A stretch of 64,000 nt of DNA. Source: Dehalococcoidia bacterium (GTDB lineage: Bacteria > Chloroflexota > Dehalococcoidia > UBA2979). The notes beneath the pieces are model-generated. The model saw only the letters and a list, made by a program, of their open reading frames with translations, ran no database searches and was not told the origin of the DNA. Where the stretch lies: NCBI GenBank assembly GCA_963667465.2, contig CAXXDN010000002.1, positions 736,001 through 800,000 on the forward strand, given 5' to 3'. This document shows, in pieces, positions 63,101 to 64,000 of the stretch (its first letter is position 1; the number at the start of each line of letters is the position of its first letter). The position numbers and the translations under genes are program-made.

Positions 63101-63999
63101 CTTGTCGAGTCGATGGTGTAGCGGAACTTGCGGATCGTCTGCCTGGCCTGCGCGGCCTCCGCGAGGGAGCGGTGCGCGGTGAGCGTGAGCCGGATCTCAC
63201 CGGCATCCGCGGCCTTGCTCCCCTCCGTCACGACCGTCCCTTCAGCCGGCGCCTCCACGAAGATCCGGCCGGCGGGCACATCATCGTTCGCGATGGTGTA
63301 GGAGAAGTCCGCGTGGGCGGCGCCACCGGGCAGCGAGAGGCTCTTGCCGCCGATGAGGCCGGGCCCGGGTGAGAACCGGAGCGTCGCCGTCTCGGCCCCC
63401 TCCACCATGTCGTCCGGGTTGACTTCCATCGTGAGGGTTCGCTCAGCCTTCCCCGCGTTGAGGGGGAAGCCGAGCGCCAGGGTCATCTTGTTGAACTGGC
63501 GGATCGGGGGGCGCGTGACCTGGGGCTCGCGCGCCCAGATATCGCGCGTCTCCTCGGCGATCGGAACGCTGTTGTGTTCGCTATGGCCCTTCAGGTCGAC
63601 ATCCGGGTTCTGGGCGAGCGGGAACCACCAGCCCACCGTCCAGCTGGTGTTGACCGCGGTCTCCTCGGCGGCCGGGGGCGGGCGGTGCACCGTGACGGTG
63701 AAGTCGACCTGCCCCCCGGAGGTCTTGTCGAGCGCGGTGCCCTCCACCAGCGCTGACCCCTTCGGGACGCTGGGTGTGATGGTCACCACCCCGGCCTCCG
63801 GTTCGTCGTCGGCGATGTACGGCTTGACGATGACATTCCTGCGGGGGGCATCGCCGGGGGTCTGGGGGACAATTGTGGTTTGCAGCAGCGCCCCGGGGAA
63901 GGAATCGCGAACCGAGAACGACAGCGTGACCACCTCGTTGCCCTCGGCCCACAGGTCCGGCACGGTCTCCAGCACGATGCGTTTCGACTGCGCACACAG
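30196..63999 (-). CDS. Giant Calx-beta/Ig-like repeat surface protein (>11,259 aa; start lies beyond the window)
   Basis: Uninterrupted ORF open to the last base. About 95 (by-eye count) beta-sandwich domains of ~110-130 aa with the pattern V.EG...TAT.G.DY...LTI.AG...D...E..E...ITDDD. Confidence 0.93.
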   Translation of the reverse strand: MCAQSKRIVLETVPDLWAEGNEVVTLSFSVRDSFPGALLQTTIVPQTPGDAPRRNVIVKPYIADDEPEAGVVTITPSVPKGSALVEGTALDKTSGGQVDFTVTVHRPPPAAEETAVNTSWTVGWWFPLAQNPDVDLKGHSEHNSVPIAEETRDIWAREPQVTRPPIRQFNKMTLALGFPLNAGKAERTLTMEVNPDDMVEGAETATLRFSPGPGLIGGKSLSLPGGAAHADFSYTIANDDVPAGRIFVEAPAEGTVVTEGSKAADAGEIRLTLTAHRSLAEAAQARQTIRKFRYTIDSTSTATAGTDFTVGGRTGATGDITFNFQRGKTSVEQDLVIAISPDQIHESRESIVLKLNALDGSFPDGDDADSDPDKTVTFTYHIEDDDLLDWQVTATAPGTVSEGTGTGASDGNTAQIMLTAYRSQAESAVGRSYSFRWEVVSAESTATTGGGLKDHALAASGTLPVTFGPGLIRSRETALDLTTIPDFAFEPDEKLVIRLRTPRGDDNFRFVNGKKALTVEVTIVDDDESTGTIEVTAPEVEEDSGDPLTFRVRGTRGITTERRLDVGTVTWEILDDTSTATRGTDFTTSATSGSVNLSFPNNNANRTPGRTFSMTVTDDEIPEGNETVAVRLRKGNDGFHFPDADGDGYPDRELIVLGRIVDNEEGTTTVTIKPSTYNGEGDDITFTVTTTKQPMGEEGAYTNPRSSGVLRWELIPETAAFSPTNEAAGYKTGEDFKFKSISSETADQDSGRPANDQPTYTTTLSNGRLTGKMELVMPAGDIVETHEIKFATHVDGLVEQAERFTVRFWLDDADIGDLMFPEADAGERSELLASAELHSKEQVDVNVPSALSVIEGEDVVVEMSLARQLKVGESATLTFNAMRGGVGGSCGAEMAQHDLDYVPVPSRTLTWRSGEQTKRIAITTIGDALDNADKCFQIVWEAGAGGLKVKGSSTRPGTVTLYYTDVTIADDDDPPALYAKDAYVVEADEGETPDLRFEIGLNTPTNKEVQVSYALDTSNTTAPNNEYPDAATAGVDFVSSTAAGTVTFKPGEVRKYVEVQVTGDYTEEENEWLRLKFAVMGEAAVTFDGGSELVRTGFIRDDDDELELSITLDDPRVQEGENVVYRLHLSRPISRPISRSLVVQVLARDESAKAGSDYASGGWRFIVPPGATEATIAIPTIEDGVSGEGTEKFSVSVANIILGGGAGAKEERELFGSDFTLHAFTASIKAPSVEVLDGPSVSIVPVYPEGQVEGMPQLFEARLSEPVGRDITVTIKSKDPLFDPSDDFQPGLGYRKLTNEFAASSLQSDRDYTALPEAGKSMTIPAGETSAPRFSLATVDDGIDEWAERFIVYITDSSGMQIDENLAVGIIRDNDARPTLSISDATAVTEGGDLTFTATLSAPSQKNVTVQWHTEDGSAIAAEGDYEAALPQTLTFPRYANTFDTWSGGKVPARITVKTLNDEAKEGTETLRVVLSQAPEAKSGTLSATGQILDDDDQASVTIEDAAPVAEASGAAAQFTVRLRRAQSVPVTVQWSTVEAVGSGFEAAQAGGESTWGRDDFTPVSNASLTFAPGETAKTISVGIKEDTRGEGTEYFLVKLSGDPAKVRFERDTARGYIEDPNALRIWLSDETLRYIQDGIPEGSGGKTGSHYSTTVDTPVTLTLRRTPIPQDEVAYHEGLRTLSCFREMATGGRSATVHPESTVAVNAGAFDIASSNAADVLFQARRFEANRSLQCQTRQEVLWPLYQDWESGVWELTIPLAIPQDTRKEKDESFTVQVEFISAPTTLRRTALPDFINFELTFTIVDDDSNKVSLDFAPDSPAGGTDDDGLKYKSVQEGAGAMLRVSTSEPVATLQTVSIITRTETAEPGVDFAYAGASQVIIPAGQSHVDVPISVLDDIVYEEAESFVLELVNESNGIAIHTPQDAVRVKIPEDRPTLYVVPDVTVDEGDAATLTFRFDQPLRTDTIVSWFLVSLGVPNQATAGVHYVHPGGNNVTIPEGEISKSITISTLDNGKADGDWVFGLVARADGLGKLDTQYSHPGYELHVSLVTIRDTGTRSVAFSETPGDVSKPEGFAYDLSRPKVSVQPPDKPVFFSLAGADASHFKIHPITGVISVPALHRAAPKDAGTDNKYDLLLHVTDEDGNRATASISVTVEERPLHIEPATIAIAEKVVTTDGDTTTEAPGSAVLTVYPAAGSIREGEEVVITLSAKEVAPAYTLQRTKGNPDDPQDDGADATTELTYTFANRNARHEVTVTAVDDEIANDPPKREGVIVITVKGGGYLETQQFEVPVSVTDDDQKGILITPTELTLVESLPTDPVDVEYTVVLTSEPTGPVSVKLTGIQNSDNLLVGSGRDSDGDLVLLPNNTLTFTTKNWNKPQTVVLHKKHIRTAERDRTITIKHEVTGADYGSVEADDVAVKVLNIDATLNFGGPNKPTEGDDVEFMFFILGGAPRDYELTWSTADGPKDGANQAVAGVDYTQVTDQVLTIEKGEGAIGDEIVLTVQTTQDLIDEEDETFIITFDGPDNLVTPGVGSVKGTIKDDDEAPTVSVGDATAVAEGNDPKTATDMTFTVTLSAASSREITVDYTLGGTATAGSDYTDPATKTVTIAAGEATGSIVVPVLGDVVDEPNETITVTLSNPTNATLSTTAGDTEAMGTITDDDDGPAVTIADASAVLEGNDPNTATDMTFTVTLAAASEQDATIEYTLGGTATAGEDYTDPATKSITIEAGKTEGSIVIAVLGDVVDEVAETIVVTLTSPTNATLGSPAEATGTITDDDDAPAVSVSNASAVLEGNDPNTATDMTFTVTLAAASGQAATIEYTLGGTATAGEDYTDPATKTITIAAGEATGSIVVPVLGDVVDEDDETIILTLTNPTNATLSSTAGETEATGTITDDDASPAVTIANASAVLEGDDPSTATDMTFTVTLSAASQRATSVSYTLGGAATAGEDYIDPAPKTVTIAAGETEGKIVVPVLGDLVHDPGETIIVTLASPTNATLGTPKTATGTITDDDTAPTTASLSVSPSSVAEGAGATTVTVTATLDAITEVVRDTTVDPPTETTITKAITFATDTTVTVKVGKAGDAAESGTDYTAVSDVTLTISAGELSGEKTFSLAPKQDTLDEDDEKLTVHATATGLTISDAEVTITDDDALPTVTIADATAVPEGDDPGTATNMTFAVTLSAASGRDVSVDYTLGGTATADEDYTDPETKTITIKAGSATGSIVIPVLGDELDEPNETVTVTLTSPANATLGTTKTASGTISDDDERGVTLTNPAGVAVPAGGLTVHEVDKTATEDVAEHLATYEVSLASKPTGTVTITVGSADPTVATVSAKTLTFTPSNWAAQTVTVTAVDDDVDNAGDQRKTSITHTVSSSGNDYDGESVGSVAVTVTDDEATPTATLVLSPATINESGNGNASTVTATLSGKSDRAVTIEVSVPNGSPVTLSTNKTLTIAAGTTTSAGTVTLTAVDNDVDAPNATVSVSGTATGGGVSDPSAVTLTITDDEGTPTVSLALTPSTIDESGDDNESTVTATLSVASSEQVTVEVSVPNGSPVTLTTNKTLTIAAGAKTSTGTVTLTAVDNDVDAPNATVTVSGAASGGGVANPSPVTLTITDDEDTPTVTLSLSPTTINESGNGNASTVTATLSGESSEQVTVEVSVPAQSPVTLSANKTLTIAAGAKSSTGTVTLTAVDNDVDAPNATVTVSGAASGGGVSSPSPVTLTITDDDDAPTTAALSVSPSSVAEGAGATTVTVTATLAGSVTFAADTTVTVKVGKDGDAAESGTDYTAVSDVTLTITAGQKSGQGTFSLAPLQDTLDEADEKLTVHATATDLTIADAEVTITDDDALPELTIANASVAEGGKAQFTVSLGEVSGRDVTVQWTTGDDGAQGASQATADTDYTAQSSAATLTIAAGSRTGTIEVQTTEDSIAEGDETFTVTLASPTNATLGTSTATGTITDDDTAPTTASLSVSPSSVAEGAGATTVTVTATLAGSVTFDANTTVTVKVGKTGDTAVSDTDYTAVSDVTLTITAGQKSGQGTFSLAPMQDTLDEADEKLTVHATATDLTISDAEVTITDDDALPELTIADASVAEGGKAEFTVTLGAVSGRDVTVQWTTGDDGADGANQATADTDYTAQTTAQTLTIKSGSRTGTIEVQTTEDSIAEDAETFTVTLASPTNATLGSSSTATGTITDDDTAPTTAALSVNPPSVGEEDSATTVTVTATLGGTTTFDADTTVTVKVGEDGDAAESGTDYTAVSDVTLTISAGQKSGEQTFSLAPKQDTLDEDDEKLTVHATATGLTIADAEVSITDDDALPTVSIANAAAVAEGDDPGTATNMTFAVTLSAASGRDVSVDYTLGGTATADEDYTDPETKTITIDAGDEAGSISIPVLGDELDEPNETVMVTLTNPTNATLGKPNAASGTISDDDERGVTLTNPAGVAVPAGGLTVHEVDKDATADVAEDVATYEVSLASKPTGTVTITVASADTTVATVSAETLTFTPSEWDAQLVTVTAVDDDLDNAGDQRKTSITHTVSSSGNDYDDESVGSVAVTVTDDEATPVATLALTPSTIDESGATNESTVTATLSGKSDRAVTIEVAVPNSSPVTLGANTTLTIAAGATTSTGAVTLTAVDNDVDAPNTTVSVSGTASGGGVSDPSAVTLTITDDEGTPTVSLSLTPTTIDESGNGNASTVTATLSGESSEQVTVEVSVPNGAPVTLSANKTLTIAAGAKTSAGTVTLTAVDNDVDAPNATVSVSGAASGGGVANPQAVTLTITDDDDAPTTASLAVSPSSVGEEDSATTVTVTATLGGSTTFAADTTVAVKVGKGGDTAVSDTDYTGVSGFNITITAGQKSGQGTFSLAPTQDTLDEDNEKLTVHATATGLTISDAEVTITDDDALPELTIADASVAEGGKAEFTVTLGAVSGREVTVQWTTGDDGAQGANQATADTDYTAQTTAQTLTIAAGSRTGTIEVQTTEDTIAESDETFTVTLASPTNTTLGSPSTATGTITDDDTAPTTASLSVSPSSVGEEDSATTVTVTATLGGTTTFDADTTVTVKVGKDGDAAESGTDYTAVSDVTLTITAGQKSGQGTFSLAPKQDTLDEDDEKLTVHATATGLTIADAEVSITDDDALPTVSIADASVAEGGKAQFTVSLGAVSGRDVTVQWTTGDDGAEGANQATADTDYTAQTTAQTLTIAAGSATGTIEVQTTEDSIAEDAETFAVTLASPTNATLGTSTATGTITDDDTAPTTAALSVNPPSVGEEDSATTVTVTATLAGSVTFTADTTVAVKVGKDGDTAVSDTDYTAVSDVTLTISAGQKSGEQTFSLAPKQDTLDEDDEMLTVHATASGLTIADAEVSITDDDALPTVSIANAAAVPEGDDPGTATNMTFTVTLSAVSGRDVSVDYTLGGTATADEDYTDPETKTITIKAGSATGSIVIPVLGDELDEPNETVTVTLASPTNATLGTTKTASGTITDDDERGVTLTNTAGVAVPAGGLTVHEVDKTATEDVAEHVATYEVSLASKPTGTVTITVASADTTVATVSPKTLTFTPSEWDAQLVTVTAVDDDLDNAGDQRKTSITHTVSSRGNDYDSQSVGSVAVTVTDDEATPTATLSLSPATINESGDDNESTVTATLSGKSDRAVTIEVSVPNGSPVTLSANKTLTIAAEATTSTGAVTLTAVDNDGDAPNATVSVSGAASGGGVSDPSAVTLTITDDEGTPTATLVLSPTTINENGNGNASTVTATLSVASSEQVTLEVSVPAQSPVTLSANKTLTIAAGAKTSAGTVTLTAVDNDVDAPNATVTVSGAASGGGVSSPSPVTLTITDDEGTPTVSLSLNPTTIDESGDDNASTVTATLSVASSEQVTVEVSVPAQSPVTLSANKTLTIAAGAKTSTGTVTLTAVDNDVDAPNATVSVSGAASGGGVAHPSPVTLTITDDDDAPTTASLSVSPSSVAEGAAATTVTVTATLAGSVTFAADTTVTVKVGKDGDTAESGTDYTAVSDVTLTITAGQKSGQGTFSLAPRQDTLDEDGEKLTVHATASGLTIADAEVTITDDDALPELTIADASVAEGGKAQFTVSLDAVSGRDVTVQWTTGDDGAEGANQATADTDYTAQTTAQTLTIAAGSRTGTIEVQTTEDSIAEDAETFAVTLASPTNTTLGSPSTATGTITDDDTAPTTASLSVSPTSVGEEDSATTVTVTATLGGSTTFAADTTVAVTVGKDGDAAESGTDYTGVSGFNITITAGQKSGQGTFSLAPKQDTLDEADEKLTVHATATDLTIAVAEVTITDDDALPELTIADASVAEGGKAEFTVTLGAVSGRDVTVQWTTGDDGAEGAKQATADTDYTAQTTAQTLTIAAGSRTGTIEVQTTEDSIAEDAETFAVTLASPTNATLGTPKTATGTITDDDTAPTTASLSVSPSSVAEGAGATTVTVTATLDAITEVVRDTTVDPPTETTITKAITFATDTTVAVKVGKDGDTAVSDTDYTAVSDVTLTISAGQKSGEQTFSLTPKQDTLDEDDEKLTVHATATDLTISDAEVTITDDDALPTVTIADATAVPEGDDPGTATNMTFAVTLSAASGRDVSVDYTLGGTATADEDYTDPETKTITIDAGDEAGSISIPVLGDELDEPNETVTVTLTSPANATLGTTKTASGTISDDDERGVTLTNPAGVAVPAGGLTVHEVDKDATADVAEDVATYEVSLASKPTGTVTITVASADTTVATVSAETLTFTPSEWDAQLVTVTAVDDDLDNTGDQRKTSITHTVSSSGNDYDGESVGSVAVTVTDDEATPTATLVLSPATINESGNGNASTVTATLSGKSDRAVTIEVSVPNGSPVTLSTNKTLTIAAGTTTSAGTVTLTAVDNDVDAPNATVSVSGTASGGGVSNPSDVTLTITDDEGTPTATLVLTPSTIDESGDDNASTVTATLSGESSEQVTVEVSAPDGSPVTLSANKTLTIAAGAKTSTGTVTLTAVDNDVDAPNATVSVSGAASGGGVSDPSPVTLTITDDEGTPTVSLSLTPTTIDESGDDNESTVTATLSGKSDRAVTIEVSVPNGSPVTLSTNKTLTIAAGATTSTGAVTLTAVDNDVAAPNATVTVSGAASGGGVSSPSPVTLTITDDDDAPTTASLSVSPSSVAEGAGATTVTVTATLAGSVTFDADTTVAVKVGKDGDTAVSDTDYTGVSGFNITITAGESSGQKTFSLAPRQDTLDEDDEKLTVHATASGLTIADAEVTITDDDALPELTIADASVAEGGKAQFRVTLGAVSGRDVTVQWTTGDDGAQGANQATADTDYTAQSSAATLTIAAGSATGTIEVQTTEDSIAEDDETFTVTLASPTNATIGTSTATGTITDDDTASTTASLSVSPSSVAEGAAATTVTVTATLAGSVTFNADTTVAVKVGKDGDTASSGTDYTGVSGFNITITAGQSSGQGTFSLAPRQDTLDEDDEKLTVHATATGLTISDAEVTITDDDALPTVTIADATAVPEGDDPSTATNMTFAVTLSAASGRDVSVDYTLGGTATADEDYTDPETKTITIAAGSATGSIVIPVLGDELDEPNETVTVTLASPTNATLGTTKTASGTITDDDERGVTLTNTAGVAVPAGGLTVHEVDKTATEDVAEHVATYEVSLASKPTGTVTITVASADTTVATVSAETLTFTPSEWDAQTVTVTAVDDDVDNTGDQRKTSITHTVTSRGNDYEDESVGSVAVTVTDDEATPTATLSLTPSTIGESGATNESTVTATLSGKSDRAVTIEVSVPNGSPVTLSANTTLTIAAGATTSTGTVTLTAVDNDVDAPNATVSVSGVASGGGVAHPSPVTLTITDDEGTPTVSLSVSPATIDESGDDNASTVTATLSVASSEQVTVEVSVPNGSPVTFGANKTLTIAAGAKTSTGTVTLTAVDNAVDAPNATVSVSGVASGGGVANPSPVTLTITDDEGTPTVSLVLGPATIDESGDDNESTVTATLSGKSDRAVTIEVSVPNGSPVTLSTNKTLTIAAGTTTSAGTVTLTAVDNAVDAPNATVSVSGAASGGGVANPSPVTLTITDDDTAPTTASLSVNPSSVAEGAGATTVTVTATLAGSVTFNANKTVTVKVGKGGDTAVSDTDYTGVSDFSITITAGESSGEKTFSLAPLQDTLDEADEKLTVHATAEGLTIADAEVTITDDDTEPELTIADASVAEGGKAEFTVTLGAVSGRDVTVQWTTGDDGAEGAKQATADTDYTAQSSAATLTIAAGSATGTIEVQTTEDTVAEGAETFTVTLASPTNATLGTSTATGTIIDDDTAPTTASLSVNPTSVAEGAGATTVTVTATLAGSVTFNADTTVTVKVGKAGDTAVSDTDYTAVSDVTLTITAGQSSGQGTFSLAPLQDTLDEADEKLTVHATATDLTIAVAEVTITDDDALPELTIADASVAEGGKAEFTVTLGAVSGRDVTVQWTTGDDGAEGAKQATADTDYTAQTTAQTLTIAAGSRTGTIEVQTTEDSIAEDAETFAVTLASPTNATLGTPKTATGTITDDDTAPTTASLSVSPSSVAEGAGATTVTVTATLDAITEVVRDTTVDPPTETTITKAITFATDTTVAVKVGKDGDTAVSDTDYTAVSDVTLTISAGQKSGEQTFSLTPKQDTLDEDDEKLTVHATATDLTISDAEVTITDDDALPTVTIADATAVPEGDDPGTATNMTFAVTLSAASGRDVSVDYTLGGTATADEDYTDPETKTITIDAGDEAGSISIPVLGDELDEPNETVTVTLTSPANATLGTTKTASGTISDDDERGVTLTNPAGVAVPAGGLTVHEVDKDATADVAEDVATYEVSLASKPTGTVTITVASADTTVATVSAETLTFTPSEWDAQLVTVTAVDDDLDNTGDQRKTSITHTVSSSGNDYDGESVGSVAVTVTDDEATPVATLALSSATINESGNGNASTVTATLSGKSDRAVTIEVSVPNGSPVTLSTNKTLTIAAGTTTSAGTVTLTAVDNDVDAPNATVSVSGTASGGGVSNPSDVTLTITDDEGTPTATLVLTPSTIDESGDDNASTVTATLSGESSEQVTVEVSAPDGSPVTLSANKTLTIAAGAKTSTGTVTLTAVDNDVDAPNATVSVSGAASGGGVADPSDVTLTITDDEGTPTVTLSLSPTTIDESGDDNASTVTATLSGKSDRAVTIEVAVPNGAPVTLSANKTLTIAAEATTSTGTVTLTAVDNDVDAPNATVSVSGAASGGGVSDPSPVTLTITDDDTAPTTASLSVSPSSVGEEDTATTVTVTATLGGTTTFDADTTVTVKVGKDGDAAESGTDYTAVSDVTLTITAGQKSGQGTFSLAPKQDTLDEDDEKLTVHATATGLTIADAEVSITDDDALPTVSIADASVAEGGKAQFTVSLGAVSGRDVTVQWTTGDDGAEGANQATADTDYTAQTTAQTLTIAAGSATGTIEVQTTEDSIAEDAETFAVTLASPTNATLGTSTATGTITDDEATPTVTLSLSPTTINENGNGNASTVTATLSVASSEQVTLEVSVPAQSPVTLSANKTLTIAAGAKTSAGTVTLTAVDNDVDAPNATVLVSGAASGGGVADPSDVTLTITDDEGTPTVSLVLGPATIDESGDDNASTVTATLSVASSEQVTVEVSVPNGSPVTLTTNKTLTIAAGAKTSTGAVTLTAVDNDVDAPNATVTVSGAASGGGVANPQAVTLTITDDDDAPTTASLSVSPSSVAEGAGATTVTVTATLAGSVTFDADTTVAVKVGKDGDTAVSDTDYTGVSGFNITITAGESSGQQTFSLAPKQDTLDEDDEKLTVHATASGLTIADAEVTITDDDALPELTIADASVAEGGKAEFTVTLGAVSGREVTVQWTTGDDGADGANQATADTDYTAQTTAQTLTIAAGSRTGTIEVQTTEDTIAESDETFTVTLASPTNTTLGSSSTATGTITDDDTAPTTASLSVSPSSVAEGAGATTVTVTATLGGTTTFDADTTVTVKVGKDGDAAESGTDYTGVSGFNITITAGQSSGQGTFSLAPRQDTLDEDDEKLTVHATASGLTIADAEVTINDDDAAPTASVADAIAVMEGDSPQEIADMTFVVRLSNVSGKSVTVSYTLGGTATAGSDYTAPDPLSITIPAGSQQGNIVIPILGDTVVEGDETITVTLSTSSPRVRSRLPRQSPPPAQQASGTIQDNDGQPGVPSSLVLSPATISEGGGDRGATFVTARLSEPVTADVTFTVAVAPSTNATASDFRISTNRVLTVKAGALESRGFVTITAVDDDEVGPGKTVEVSATVTGTTQVQDPDPEDLTIGDDDLTGPPDSTVTFERAAYSLNEDGQLDIGVRLSSALATTAEVRYLLHAPNSVVGMDGDIITRSDGPDGWISTGELTFAAGDTRRLIRILPVDNNVVEPDEEVVISLLVVSGRVRAGSPTVVTLTDDDRSVLYLRPTYAEVEEGEQSLFRLRMQKPHQDDVTVDLAVSGTARAGEDFTALPATLTIPAGGQTAEVAIPTVADGIPEGTETLLVSLANVVGQHVTIDRSAGQHTLLIRDTSEVSPPTAVMLSVSPESVAENAGATTLTLTAAFVGPGTLATDAAVTVTVGQSGDTAVSGTDYTAAGPVTVPITAGQRSGQATFTLTPANDALPEGPETLTLHGAATGLTVSDATVTITDDDSTPTAVTLSVRPSRVAENAGLTTLTLTAAFVGPGTLTTDASVTVTVGQSGDTAVSGTDYWASGPVTVPITAGQRSGQATFTIEPTDDTLAEGPETLTLHGAATSLTVSDATVTITDDDSTPTAVTLSVSPSRVAEDAGLTTLTLTAAFVGPGTLTTDASVTVTVGQSGDTAVSGTDYWASGPVTVPITAGQRSGQATFTIEPTDDTLAEGPETLTLHGAATGLTVSDATVTITDDDSTPTAVTLSVSPSRVAENAGLTTLTLTAAFVGPGTLTTDASVTVTVGTSGDTAVAGTDYTAASTVTVPITAGQGSGQATFTLEPTDDALEERAETLTLHGAATGLTVSDATVTITDDDSGQTRVRRRLTVASFGSASYTLNEDGSPVEIAVRLSSAPSETVELTFTMVSATAEIGRTGDVWSLAGEPGEWRYDQQLIFAPGQTQQYIKLFPVDNNLVEPDAVVTISLSVVSGNATPGPSTTLTLTDDDLATVLLIPTRSQANEGESAQIRLRLTKPHQQDVTMDCFVRGTATPGVDYAPLPHAVMIPAGSQTAVIPVEVLSDEIAEGPETLIFVIANPSRSGVVISQEYSEHTVTIMDVTESSQAGNGQ
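30955..32370 (-). repeat. Four tandem 354-bp (118-aa) coding repeats near the C-terminus
   Basis: PTAVTLSVSPSRVAENAG...TVTITDDDS unit repeated four times; shadow ORFs recur at 354-bp offsets (31136, 31490, 31844). Confidence 0.9.
33820..54960 (-). repeat. Higher-order repeat array of five module types (six super-units)
   Basis: Module B (ERGVTLTN...SVAVTVTDDE) occurs six times, near 37300, 40855, 43645, 47200, 50365 and 53860. A near-exact duplication has a 6345-bp offset. Confidence 0.9.
54960..56370 (-). repeat. Four tandem ~345-bp Calx-beta repeats (A-type module)
   Basis: AV.EG[ND]DP.TATDMTFTVTL.AAS...YTLGG.ATAG.DY.DPA.K repeated four times. Confidence 0.88.
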
Positions 64000-64000
64000 G

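Noticed and set aside
30236-63756. Many long plus-strand ORFs (up to 1304 aa) within the giant gene
   Set aside because: They are antisense shadows of a GC-rich, Thr/Val/Asp-biased repetitive gene, with low-complexity Arg-rich or mirror-image composition and no motifs.

Overview
High-GC (~70% by eye) bacterial chromosome segment. The tmRNA tag (A)GERELALAA, an F420-type LLM oxidoreductase, duplicated molybdenum-hydroxylase subunits and a giant Calx-beta protein suggest a Dehalococcoidia-like Chloroflexota genome, possibly host- or sponge-associated (inference). The first 30 kb holds an acyl-CoA dehydrogenase; an unusual tandem Swt1-like HEPN/TM/Pro-Thr/SH3b membrane protein; a wrbA-like flavoprotein; a xanthine-dehydrogenase-family M-S-L1-L2-MoaD cluster; two near-identical 1036-bp IS481 copies, each inserted at the CTAG of a stop codon; a VapC toxin with an atypical thioredoxin-like partner; a CP-ATP-grasp/alpha-E/transglutaminase operon whose Anbu protease is a pseudogene; a frameshifted higBA pair; thiolase/DUF35; a PTPS-III; 2-oxoacid:ferredoxin oxidoreductase; bcp; ctpA; smpB and tmRNA, followed by type I RM and IS5 debris. 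The remaining 33.8 kb is one minus-strand ORF (>11,259 aa, still open at the window end) encoding a giant Calx-beta repeat surface protein with a higher-order repeat structure. The best candidates for new biology are the HEPN-HEPN-TM-SH3b receptor-like RNase, the thioredoxin-fold antitoxin, the giant adhesin architecture and a recurrent intergenic GTTACATAAC motif. All family assignments are by-eye motif recognition; no searches were run.
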